The notes under the pieces: model-generated
Databases searched by the model: none
Told to the model about the DNA's origin: nothing
The model's input: only the letters and a program-made list of their open reading frames with translations
Made by a program: the position numbers and the translations under genes
Shown: piece after piece, positions 27,079 through 39,800 of the stretch
How positions within the stretch are numbered: position 1 is the stretch's first letter
Layout: the number at the start of each line of letters is the position of its first letter
NCBI GenBank assembly: GCA_964016885.1
Contig: OZ024741.1
Coordinates: 234,112,001-234,176,000 of the forward strand
Source: Eledone cirrhosa
Taxonomy: Eukaryota
Direction of reading: 5' to 3'
Length of the DNA stretch: 64,000 nucleotides

Positions 27079-28044
27079 ATCATTTAACATCCATCTTCTT
27101 TTCTAGCAAGGGTTGGACAAGTTTTTACATACTGAGTCAGTGGTCAAGCAGACATACTGACCTCTCAGATGGGCTGGGGTGGGGGCTTACATCTCACATG
27201 TATACCCTTGGGCTACTGAGTGCATTATATCATGGCAAGATATATTTTTCTTTGTAAAACCCTACACAATAACAATATACAAGGCTATCCAAAACATATC
27301 ACACCTGGGTCTATATGTGTGTGTGTGCACACACACACATATATAAATATTGTCATCATCCCTGTTTAACATCTATTTTCCATTCTTACATGGGTTAGAC
27401 GAGATGTCACCTTTTGTTCATTTGTGATAGGAATCTCTGGAAAGTGTGTCCGAGGACACTGCTCCCTCAACCCACCCAGGAATAGATGGGCAAAGATCAT
27501 TATCATTATCATCGGCTGCTTCCCCATGCTTGCATGGGTTTGACAGGTTTTCTAACAGTGTTTCGCTGTTTGTTGCTTCTTTTGTCATCTCCTTTCTGAG
27601 GTCAGCCATCACCACTTTTGTCCATGACTTAATTCCACACTTTGGCAGTTGTTTTTACTCAACTATCACCATCATCATACACATTACATGTCCATACCAG
27701 TATAATCTTCTCTCTTGCACACATCTGATTCTTCTTATAGACAGTTTTTCTTTCAATTCATTTGTGCCTCATCATTTGAACACACTAGCATAACCTATCC
27801 GGCAAAGCATACTCATTACTATTGTAACATTGCACAACATACACAAGTATCATACAATCTAGCCTTCACTCGATGTAAGAGAATCTCTTTATAATATAAT
27901 ATAGGGATCCAATGCTTCCCTCCTTTCTAGTCAAAAGTAACAGTTATACCTCCCCTCAAATGTTTATCTTTATATTGAAGCTTTGATTACAGAACCACTA
28001 GTATCTAGCAATATACAAATGATTTTATTTTATTTTATTTTTTA

Positions 28045-28410
28045 CCTTAGAAGAGTGACATGAAGAAGTTGTGATGTTCATGAAATTTCATATTGATTAT
28101 CCAATAGACTATGTTCACATCATTCTCCTCTGTGTGTTTACTATATCAATAGATCATGTTCACCTCAACCCTCTCTCTGTTCACTGTTCCAATAGACCAT
28201 GTTCATCTACATTGTTTGTCCCTTTATGTTCACTGTTCCACTAGATCATGTTCACCTCCATCTCTGTATGTTCACTGTCCCTATAGATCATGTTCACCTC
28301 CATCTCTGTATGTTCACTGTCCCTATAGATCATGTTCACATCGTTCATCACCATTTGTATCCTCTTTGTGTGTTCACTGTTCCAATAAATCATGTTCACC
28401 TCCATATCAG
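28045..28410. repeat. Degenerate ~42-bp tandem repeat
   Basis: Unit tagatcatgttcacctccatctctgtatgttcactgtcccta. Confidence 0.8.
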
Positions 28411-28553
28411 TCTACTGTCCTGCTATTTATAAAGATATTCTACTGATTTCAATCATTAGACTGGTTATACTAGGGCAACACATTCGAGTGTTTTAATCGA
28501 TCATAACAAACTCTGTACTTATTTAATCCATCTCTATTTGTTATTCAGCTTAA

Positions 28554-28755
28554 CCCTTTAGCATTTATACCGTCTGAATCTGGCCAGGACTCTCACTTCT
28601 TTCTGTTCAAACCACTCATAATCGGCCATTCAAATGTTAAGGTATTGTTCTCAAAATATATAATGTCAAAATCTCATAGATTCAATATTATGTGAAATAA
28701 AGACTTCACTGTGAAAATACAATAGTAAATATAGAGTAATGTAAATGCTAAAGGG
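28554..28755. mobile_element. piggyBac-type MITE (opposite orientation to the 24009 copy)
   Basis: Same TTAA target duplication and CCCTTTAGCATT terminal repeats. Confidence 0.85.
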
Positions 28756-29159
28756 TTAAACCCCCAAAAAGTTTTCCCGGCACTTATTAATTCTATTTCA
28801 TTTATTTTATCAGAGATTTTTTAAAAAAATACATAAAATTTAGGAGAGATAAGACTCTTAAAGAGGAAATATCAGAACATTACAATGTCATATTGATATC
28901 TGGTGAGAATCTTGTACAATATTTTGGATTAATTTACCCTATGGATTATACCTTGGATGAATCAGTTCATTCTATTTGTGGATTGTAGAAATACATTGAG
29001 CTTGAAATTTTCTTGGCATATCTTAATCAAGTTTGGTCTTTCAACTTATTACGCTTGTTTATGGGATTCTGAAAGGTATTGGTCAACTCGAATCTATAGT
29101 AGAAAGCATTTACCCAAAGGCCACACAGTGCAATTGAACTGCAAAATGAATCAAATGTA

Positions 29160-29420
29160 GTGTGCAAGAGAGAAGACTGCCCTAATATGGACATGCGTTT
29201 CATATGGATGATGTTGTTGAGTGAAGAAGTGTCAAGAGTTCCCAGTGGAAAGAAGTTACAATAGAGGAAGATCTTGACAAAATTAGTGAGTGGATCTGAA
29301 AACGCTGAATCTCATAGATGATGAAGGAAGGCAGTAAGTGGTGGGATGCTGTGTGAGGACAAAACCTATCCAACTCATGCAAGCATAAAGAGACAGATGT
29401 AAAGGGGTGGTGATGATGAA
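29160..29420 (+). mobile_element. RTE LINE 3' end remnant
   Basis: Decayed RL..YGH-like coding sequence, then ccaactcatgcaagcat and a (tga)n tail. Confidence 0.6.
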
Positions 29421-29858
29421 CAGTTTAACCAGCTGTCTGTATTCAGAATGCATCTTTGGGGCATATCTGTAAGAACAAAATATTCAGTATAGGTTGGTAT
29501 TTGATCAATTACCCCAGTATACTGTTATTATTGTTGTTTAGTTCCAAGTGAGCCCTGATCCAGCAGACCTATAATTCCTTCTTTATTTTATCATATATCT
29601 AGGATTATATGATTTCAATGAGTTGTTTTTTTTTTTAAAGAAAATAGGATATGATTTTAGGATGGTTTGACTATTGCATTTAGCATGTTAAATGACCATG
29701 TAGAAGCTTCTTAATTGGTTTGTGGTTTAATCCCTGTCTGAGCCTAGCTATGATGAAAGATGTTCAAATTGTGGCTATCATGTCCTATCTTTTTCAAGAT
29801 AGCAGCATATGATTTGAGAGAGATTTAGGTGTTATTTTTAGCAGATCAAGCAACTGTA

Positions 29859-30052
29859 TAGGGGCTCTGTCATTGGCTCGTGTTGTTAATTAGGAGCTCT
29901 GTCATTGGCTAGTGTTGTTAATTAGGGGCTCTGTCATTGGCTAGTGTTGTTAATTAGGGGCACTGTCATTGGCTAGTGTTGTTAATTAGGGGCACTGTCA
30001 TTGGCTAGTGTTGTTAATTAGGGGCTCTGTCATGGGCAAGTGTCATTATTAA
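29859..30052. repeat. 32-bp minisatellite, ~6 copies
   Basis: taggggctctgtcattggctagtgttgttaat. Confidence 0.92.
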
Positions 30053-30316
30053 TCACAAGAGGAATTAAAATATATTAACCATGATATGTGATAGGATCCC
30101 CCTAATTAATTAGCAATTAATTGATTAGCCAGTCTAGACTGGTGCTCTGTCATTGAGTCATCATCCTCTTGCTGACTGAATTTAATGAAACATTATTTGG
30201 TCTGTTTTCGTGAACTTTAGGTTATCAATAACTTCTTCATTTCTACAGCAATATCTGGTTGTTTGCTTCATTTGTAATTTTCAAATTTTGATTTTTTATT
30301 ATTTTTTACCATTTAA

Positions 30317-30505
30317 GTGGTGGGCTGGTTAAATCAGTAAAGCATCAGATAATATGCCATTCTGAGCTCAAATCTGGCCATGGTCAAAATTGCCTTTCAC
30401 CCTTCCAGGGTCAATAAAATAAAATATCAGCCAAGTACTGTTAATTGATTTAATCAACTTTGCCCATTTCCAAAATTTGCTGGCCTTGTGCCTAAATTAA
30501 AAATT
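30317..30505 (+). mobile_element. tRNA-derived SINE (gcctttcatcc core family)
   Basis: Same core and ggccttgtgcctaaatta tail. Confidence 0.7.
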
Positions 30506-30676
30506 ATTTTTTTTACTGCTTAATCAGAGAGAGAAAGGCAACTCCCATAACTCTTTATTTCTTTCAGGGCCTCCCTGACTGATGGGAGGGAGTTTTCCTC
30601 TCACCTAAGACTGGGCCTAAATGCTAGCAACAAAATACTCTGCTAATGACACTCGGGGACTACTTAGTTGGCTTAA

Positions 30677-31223
30677 CCCTTTAGCATTTAAACTGGCCAT
30701 ATCCAGCCAGAATTCTCTCACCAATTTCTGTTCAAACCAGCTGTAACTGACTGCTCATACTGATGTTAAGGTATTGTTCTCAACATAAATAATTTCAAAA
30801 TCTTATCGATTTCATATTATGTGAAGTAAAGCCTTTACTATGAAAATATAATAGTATCATCATCATCATCATCATCATCATCACCGTTCTTCCACGCTAG
30901 CATGGGTTAGACGGGTTGTCCTGTTGTGGGCAGTAGCCGATCGGCTGACCATGCCTTGCTCATACAGGAACTGATTCTGGCTTGATTTCTACAGCTGGAT
31001 GCTCTTCCTAACACCAACCTCATTTACAGTGAGTGCTGGGTGCTTTTTTTCCGTGGCGCCTATACATCCACTTTACCGTGTGGGCTGGGTGCTTTTTTGC
31101 AGTGAGAGGAGGAGGAGGCATATTGTCTATATGCTTCAGCTTCGGCTTATACCCGTGGGGTTTCAGGTCTTCTGTATTACTGTGTGATGCCAGTATACAT
31201 AGAGTAATGTAAATGCTAAAGGG
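30677..31223. mobile_element. piggyBac-type MITE interrupted by an RTE-tailed SINE (~30857-31190, minus strand)
   Basis: TTAA/CCCTTTAGCATT ends; the insert begins with (cat)n and is absent from the 28554 copy. Confidence 0.85.
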
Positions 31224-32349
31224 TTAAACACCAACAACAATTGTTTTAAGGCTATTTTCCTTACTGAAACAGAGATTAACGTTGTGGGTCCCATTTCCTC
31301 TTCCATCATCTTTAGCTGACCATGTGTATATCTCTGTGTTGTATCAGCTGGCTAAAGAATAAAATATTGCCTCAAAAAAAAGGACCCCTTGATGCATATG
31401 GTTGTGTTAAATTGGGTACTACCCACGAATTCATAATGCAAAGAGCCAGAAGAATTACTGCATGGTATCTCATCTAACATTAACAATTCTGCCAACCCTC
31501 CACCCTGGACTCGTACTTTATTTTATCATTCCTGAAAGGAAAAAAAGTAAAGTTGACCTCTGGAATTTGAAGTCAGTGAGCGAGGACAAATACTGCAAGG
31601 CATTTTGTCCTATACTCTAATGATTCTACTAAATGGTCAGGAGTTAGATTTATTGTTACAACCACTCAGATGGGTCTGTGAAGGCCATGGGCATTGTCCC
31701 TTTTTCTAACTTACCAAATGAAAAATAAAAACAAAAATAAAACTGTTATATCATGTAGCAAGGTATATAACTCTACTTGCTCTAGTTTTTGTTTCCCCAC
31801 TTTTAATTCTTAGCTGAGTGCTAGAGCAGTAAAATGAGTGACTGATTTTTAAAACAACTGCTCCAACATGTAGTCACTCAACATACTGGAAATAGCAGTT
31901 AAATGTCTCTCAAATTACATCATACCATCTTAAAAAAAGTGATTGCCACGTGTTTGAAGAATAAAAAAGACAGTTAGAATGCCCTTTGATTATTTGTCTT
32001 TTTGGTCAGAGCTGACCTGGGATTAAACATCAACTATGACAAGGAACCCTTTATGTCAGTACTTGACCTGCTAAAAACAGAAACCAAATTTCCCTCAAAC
32101 CATGTCTTTGGGTAATGTAATGTGTGAAATGTGTTTTATGAACACTAGAGTACTTTTGATCAGGGCTAACTTGGGGCTAAACAACAATAATTGCAGTGTT
32201 CAGTAGTGGCTTGTGTAACATAGTATACTAGAGTATTACTATCATATGTTACCAGTCAGATGACTAGTAAATTTTGGAGGTTGTCACAGTAGATAAATAA
32301 GTCAAAATGTGTGTGCGCGTGTGTGTCTATATATATATTGTACAAAGTG

Positions 32350-32745
32350 AAACCTACAGTTAGTAGGCACGTCTTAACCAAATATATACCCCATCCTACT
32401 ACCCCTATTCCACCCCACCCCCACTCCCACCAACACCACCCTTTCTCTGTAAAGTTATGTTGGTACCACAACATCCAGTCCAAAATAAATGAGGTCGTGT
32501 AGGTGTCACGACAAAGAAACACACAGTCCACGCTGTAATGTAGCCGTTTAGGTAACGGTAAAAACCTCCCAGTTCCACACTGTAAACGTGGTTGGTGTTA
32601 GGAAGGTCATCCAGCCGTAGAAAACCTGCCAGACAGCCCTATACGAGCGAGACATGGTCACCCGACCAATCTTGCCTCAAGTAGGACAATTCCCGTCTAA
32701 ACCCATGCTAGTGTGGAAGATAGACGTTAAACGTTGATGATGATA
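32350..32745 (+). mobile_element. SINE-like element with RTE-type (tga)n tail
   Basis: gtggttggtgttaggaaggtcatccagccgtagaaaa core; ccgtctaaacccatgctag...gacgttaaacg(atg)n tail. Confidence 0.75.
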
Positions 32746-33020
32746 TATATATATACACACACACAACCACACATGAGATATGTCATGTTGAGAAGGACCC
32801 CGTCCAACTCATGCAAGCATGGAAAAACACATAAAAACAATGATGATGATTATCATTTAACATCCATTTTGCATACTTGTATGAGTTAGAAGGGTTGTCA
32901 CACTATGTGACAGCCAGGTCAGCTTTGGTTACCATGTCTTGTTCATACAGATCTTTTTTTTTGGGGATTGGTTTCTTTGACTGGATGTCTTTCCTAACAC
33001 CAATCATATTACAGTGTATG

Positions 33021-33069
<49 letters not shown>

Positions 33070-33292
33070 TCATCACTGTTTAACATCCATTTTCCATGCT
33101 AGCATGGGTTAGACGAGTTGCCTCATTGTGAGACAAGCCAGATCTGACGACTATAACTTGCTCATACAGGACTCGTTTTGTCTTGGTTTCTACAGTTGGA
33201 TGCCCTTCCTAACAACAACCACATTTACAGTGTGTGCTGGATGCTTTTTGTCGTGATACCTAGATGACCACTTTACAGCTTATATATATATA

Positions 33293-33580
33293 TCATCATC
33301 ATCATCGTTTAACGTCTATCTTCCACACTAGCATGGGATAGACGGGAATTGTCCCACTTGAGGCAAGCTTAGTCGGGTGACCGTGTCTCACTCGTATAGG
33401 CAGGTTTTCTACGGCTGGATGCCCTTCCTAACACCAACCACATTTACAGTGTGGAGTGGATGTTGTGGTACTAACATAACTTTACAGAGAAAGGGTGGTG
33501 TTGGTGGGAGTGGAAGGATGAAGTAGGGGTAGTGGGTTGGGGTGTATGTTTGGTTTGGAGGGGCCTACTGACTATAGGTT
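33293..33580 (-). mobile_element. Inverted copy of the 32350 element
   Basis: Reverse complement shares ctcccaccaacaccaccctttctctgtaaagttatgtt, the core and the tail. Confidence 0.75.
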
Positions 33581-34372
33581 AACTTTGCATGTAAGGAAGG
33601 CACGTCTTCTGTATTACTGCTTGGCGCCAGAGATCTTGATCCAGTGACATTGTTTTAGAGAGGTTTAAGTGTGCAAGGTTGGAATTTATCATGTTGTCCC
33701 AGGTTTTTCTGGGTCTACCTACTCCGTAACTTTCATCAATTTTGATCGCCCTGCACTTTTTTATACAGCTGTCGTCTTTCATGCGCATCACATGACCATA
33801 CCAATGTAATCTCTCAAGTAAACAGCATCTGATCCCTCTTATTCCTAATTTCTCAGTTAGTTCCTTTCCAGTCTGTGCAGTTTTAGAGAGAAACCTTTTG
33901 TGGCCACAGTGGTATAAGCTCTCTCAACTTTTTCCATCCCGTTCTAACACCCTCCTCCACTGCTGATTTTGTCACCCAGGTAACGGAAAGTGTCCACTAT
34001 TTCTATAGAACCATCTAGGCAGTAGAAGGAGCTAGTATCCTGTGGGAACTTGCTACTTATTGTACCTGAGCATCGGCCACATATAAAATCTATGTTCTTA
34101 GATAGCTTGCCTGTGATCTCACTACATCTTTTATGTACCCATAGTTTGCATTTGAGGTATAGAATGGAATTTCTACCTACTCCTTTCCTACACACTGAGC
34201 ATGGCCATTTCCCAGAGGGCACCTGTGCCCTGTTTTCCTTTCTACATACTAGAACTTTAGTCTTAGACAAGTTAACTTTAAGGTTTTTTGATTCTAGGCC
34301 ATACATGTTTGGCATTTCTTCTCTAATTCAGCCATAGATTCAGCTATGAGAGTTAGATCATCTGCATATATA
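33579..34372 (-). mobile_element. RTE-clade LINE fragment (RT end, Cys-rich PHD-like insert, C-terminus)
   Basis: LYADDL-like motif at ~34355-34372, LKVNLSKTKV, CSVC..C..WVH.RC..C..C, FRYLG, W.GHVMR, GRPRKTW. Confidence 0.82.
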
Positions 34373-35302
34373 AGCAAATATATAAAAATTGATAAAAATA
34401 CATTAATTCTCGCACTCCGGCACTATAAATATAATAAAGAAAACAGCAATTTAAGAAAAGTGATATATTTTTTCATATATTTATATTCCATTGATCAAAA
34501 AGAATGAAGGAAGAATAAAAAGAAAATCTAAAAATATACAAATGTTCAGCAGAAAATTATGCGTACTCCAGTTTAGTGTTTTTTGCCTCTCTATCTCTCT
34601 CAGTTTTTGCTTGCCATTCCACTCAGTATGTATATTCCTCCTTCAATTTGTCCAATGATTCTCTCTCTGCCTCTGTATATTGTCAAATATGACATTGAAC
34701 CGACACACATTGGTTATTATATAGAGAAACTATCATAGTGTACAGTAATGGCTTGTGTAACATCAGATGTACTATCATAGTGTTCTTGTAGTTGTGATTT
34801 GTGTGACAATAATTGGTGACTAGTATAACATTCTATAAACTAATCAGTTCTTTTGTACAGTGATAGCTTGTCTGACACTAATTGTATTATCAGAGTAGGG
34901 TGGCAAATTAACAGTCGTTAGAGCGTCATTAAATGCCTCACAATGTTTGTATTAATACTCTATACTCTTGAGTTTAAATTTTGCTTTTCGTCCTTTTTGG
35001 GGTTGGCAAAATAAAATATCAGTCCAGAGCTGTTCATGGAAATGTATGAAAGAGGGAGAAAAAGTGAAACATATAGTGAAGAATGACCTCAAGAAACTGA
35101 ATCTTGTGAAGATGATGACATAGGACCATGTTGAGATCTGCTGCTTACCAATACAAGCATGTGACACTAAAAGTGTATTGTGGTAAGAGAACAGAGACTG
35201 TATGGAGTAGAGAGATGCCTTTTAACCATACAATGGTCAAAACAATTTTTCTAGTGTTAGTGTCACAATAAAATACATGCAATGCATTCTGTAAACTGGT
35301 AC

Positions 35303-35700
35303 CACAATAAAATGCTTCCAGCCCACTCTGTAACATAGCAGTACTGGTGACACAATAAAATGCTTCCAGCCCACTCTGTAACATAGCAGTACTGGTGACA
35401 CAATAAAATGCTTCCAGCCCACTCTGTAACATAGCAGTACTGGTGACACAATAAAATGCTTCCAGCCCACTCTGTAACATAGCAGTACTGGTGACACAAT
35501 AAAATGCTTCCAGCCCACTCTGTAACATAGCAGTACTGGTGTCACAATAAAATGCTTCCAGCCCACTCTGTAACATAGCAGTACTGGTGTCACAATAAAA
35601 TGCTTCCAGCCCACTCTGTAACATAGCAGTGCTGGTGTCACAATAAAATGCTTCCAGCCCACTCTGTAACATAACAGTGCTGGTGTCACAATAAAATGCA
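35303..35700. repeat. 48-bp minisatellite, ~8 copies
   Basis: cacaataaaatgcttccagcccactctgtaacatagcagtactggtga; 16-aa periodicity in the ORF track. Confidence 0.95.
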
Positions 35701-35900
35701 CTGAGCTCATTAAATAAAGTATTGCTAGTAGTGCCATGGTAAAATACACCTAGTACACTCTATAACGGCATCCACCTGTATAAACTATGTTAAAATATGG
35801 AACATGAGCATGATGTAGTCCCTGACTTGTCTAGTCTTAGATTGTGTCAATTCATCCAACCCATGACAGCATGTAAAACAGACATAAAATTATGTGGTCA

Positions 35901-35984
<84 letters not shown>

Positions 35985-36014
35985 TATATATATATATATT
36001 TATATATATATATT

Positions 36015-36047
<33 letters not shown>

Positions 36048-36169
36048 TTATATATATATATATTATTATTATTATTTCCAATGCAATTCTGACCACAACC
36101 AAATTGTATATAGAGAGAATTTCCCAGCACCTCTATATGCAATAATGTATATAGTTAATTCTGTTGGGT

Positions 36170-36545
36170 TATTCTTCTTCTTCACCCACTTATTCCTGAG
36201 AGGGTCATGGGGGCAGAATCCTCAAACACTTCTTCCAGCCAAGTTCATGGTTGTTATTTAACCATCTTGCTTGGGGTTAACCCCTGGGTCTCCTGCCAGT
36301 TGGTTTTGCCCATATAATCTGTCCAGCAATTTTTTTTTCCAGAGACATTCTAACCATATGCCCGTAGTATCAGAGCTGTGCTCTTTCAATTCAGAGAAGT
36401 AGTGGCTCTACTTAGAGTGACTCTCTGATCTCCAACCAATGCACTCATCAAGTAACATTATTCCAAAGACCCTTCAGAGGAACCCCAGTTCAGCAACTTG
36501 TATTCGCAATCATATTCTTTCGGTCATTGCCCAAAATTCACTACC
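36170..36545 (-). mobile_element. RTE LINE 3' fragment
   Basis: Reverse-complement homology to 23540-23940. Confidence 0.7.
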
Positions 36546-36559
36546 TCAGACACAACACA

Positions 36560-36850
36560 GCCAACCAAATAGTCGCACTGCAGCAGATCTTCAAGAAATC
36601 ATGGAAGTATTGCCAAGAGGTATATTCTTGTTTTGTAGATCTCGAAAAGGCATATGATTGCGTTCCTCGGGACGTACTATGGTAGGTTCTGCAGAAGTAT
36701 GGTATCGATGGTCAGCTTCTTGTTGCCCTGATGTTTCTATATGAATGCCCAAATATTTGTGTTTGGTTAAATGGTGCTAAATCGGAACCACTCAATGTGG
36801 GAGTCAGAGTCCACCAAGGGTGTGTACTGTCACCACTTCTGTTCATTGAT
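36560..36850 (+). mobile_element. RTE-type reverse transcriptase fragment
   Basis: FVDLEKAYDCVPR..LW*..KYGIDG..HQGCVLSPLLFI; contains a stop codon. Confidence 0.82.
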
Positions 36851-36867
36851 TGTAGTACCTCAACAGT

Positions 36868-39800
36868 TAATTATATACCAGTAGACCTTATAACCACCCA
36901 GCACCTTAACTACACACCAGTAGGCAGTATAACCATCCAGTGCCTTAACTATACACCAGTAGGCAGTATAACCATCCAGCACCTTAACTACACACCAGTA
37001 GGCAGTATAACCATCCAGTGCCTTAACTATACACCAGTAGACCGTATAACCATCCAGCACCTTAACTATACACCAGTAGGCAGTATAACCATCCAGTGCC
37101 TTAACTATACACCAGTAGGCAGTATAACCATCCAGTGCCTTAACTACACACCAGTAGGCAGTATAACCATCCAGTGCCTTAACTATACACCAGTAAACCG
37201 TATAACCATCCAGCACCTTAACTATACACCAGTAGGCAGTATAACCATCCAGCACCTTAACTATACACCAGTAGGCAGTATAACCATCCAGCATCTTAAC
37301 TATACACCAGTAGACCGTATAACCATCCAGCACCTTAACTATACACCAGTAGGCAGTATAACCATCCAGTACCATAACTATACACCAGTAGGCAGTATAA
37401 CCATCCAGTACCATAACTATACACCAGTAGGCAGTATAACCATCCAGCACCTTAACTACACACCAGTAGGCAGTATAACCATCCAGTGCCTTAACTATAC
37501 ACCAGTAGGCAGTATAACCATCCAGCACCTTAACTATACACCAGTAGGCAGTATAACCATCCAGCAACTTAACTATACACCAGTAGGCAGTATAACCATC
37601 CAGCACCATAACTATACACCAGTAGGCAGTATAACCATCCAGTACCTTAACTATACACCAGTAGGCAGTATAACCATCCAGCACCATAACTATACACCAG
37701 TAGGCAGTATAACCATCCAGTGCCTTAACTATACACCAGTAGGCAGTATAACCATCCAGTGCCTTAACTATACACCAGTAGGCAGTATAACCATCCAGTG
37801 CCTTAACTACACACCAGTAGGCAGTATAACCATCCAGTGCCTTAACTATACACCAGTAGGCAGTATAACCATCCAGCACCTTAACTACACACCAGTAGGC
37901 AGTATAACCATCCAGTGCCTTAACTATACACCAGTAGACCGTATAACCATCCAGCACCTTAACTATACAGCAGTAGACAGTATAACCATCCAGCACCTTA
38001 ACTATACACCAGTAGGCAGTATAACCATCCAGTACCATAACTATACACCAGTAGGCAGTATAACCATCCAGTACCATAACTATACACCAGTAGGCAGTAT
38101 AACCATCCAGCACCTTAACTACACACCAGTAGGCAGTATAACCATCCAGCACCTTAACTATACACCAGTAGGCAGTATAACCATCCAGCACCTTAACTAT
38201 ACACCAGTAGGCAGTATAACCATCCAGCACCTTAACTATACACCAGTAGGCAGTATAACCATCCAGCACCATAACTATACACCAGTAGGCAGTATAACCA
38301 TCCAGTACCTTAACTATACACCAGTAGGCAGTATAACCATCCAGCACCTTAACTATACACCAGTAGGCAGTATAACCATCCAGCACCTTAACTATACACC
38401 AGTAGCCAGTATAACCATCCATCACCTTAACTATACACCAGTAGGCTGTATAACCATCCAGCACCTTAACTATACACCAGTAGGCTGTATAACCATCCAG
38501 CACCTTAACTATACACCAGTAGGCTGTATAACCATCCAGCACCTTAACTATACACCAGTAGGCTGTATAACCATCCAGCACCTTACCTATACACCAGTAG
38601 GCTGTATAACCATCCAGCACCTTACCTATACACCAGTAGGCTGTATAACCATCCAGCACCTTAACTATACACCAGTAGGCAGTATAACCATCCAGCACCT
38701 TAACTATACACCAGTAGGCAGTATAACCATCCATTGCCTTAACTATACACCAGTAGACCGTATAACCATCCAGCACCTTAACTATACACCAGTAGGCAGT
38801 ATAACCATCCAGTGCCTTAACTATACACCAGTAGGCAGTATAACCATCCAGCACCTTAACTACACACCAGTAGGCAGTATAACCATCCAGCACCTTAACT
38901 ATACACCAGTAGACAGTATAACCATCCAGCACCTTAACTATACACCAGTAGGCAGTATAACCATCCAGTACCATAACTATACACTAGTAGGCAGTATAAC
39001 CATCCAGCACCTTAACTACACACCAGTAGGCAGTATAACCATCCAGCACCTTAACTATACACCAGTAGACCGTATAACCATCCAGCACCTTAACTATACA
39101 CCAGTAGGCAGTATAACCATCCAGTACCATAACTATACACCAGTAGGCAGTATAACCATCCAGCACCTTAACTACACACCAGTAGGCAGTATAACCATCC
39201 AGTGCCTTAACTATACACCAGTAGGCAGTATAACCATCCAGCACCTTAACTATACACCAGTAGGCAGTATAACCATCCAGCACCTTAACTATACACCAGT
39301 AGGCAGTATAACCATCCAGCACCATAACTATACACCAGTAGGCAGTATAACCATCCAGTACCATAACTATACACCAGTAGGCAGTATAACCATCCAGCAG
39401 CATAAATATACACCAGTAGGCAGTATAACCATCCAGTGCCTTAACTATACACCAGTAGGCAGTATAACCATCCAGTACCTTAACTATACACCAGTAGGCA
39501 GTATAACCATCCAGCAGCATAACTATACACCAGTAGGCAGTATAACTATCCAGCACCATAACTATACACCAGTAGGCAGTATAACCATCCAGCACCTTAA
39601 CTATACACCAGTAGGCAGTACAACCATCCAGCACCTTAACTATACACCAGTAGGCAGTATAACCATCCAGCACCTTAACTATACACCAGTAGGCAGTATA
39701 ACCATCCAGCACCTTAACTATACACCAGTAGACCGTATAACCATCCAGCACCTTAACTATACACCAGTAGGCAGTATAACCATCCAGTACCATAACTATA

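Noticed and set aside
35145-35749. 170-175-aa repeat ORFs
   Set aside because: By-product of the 48-bp tandem repeat.
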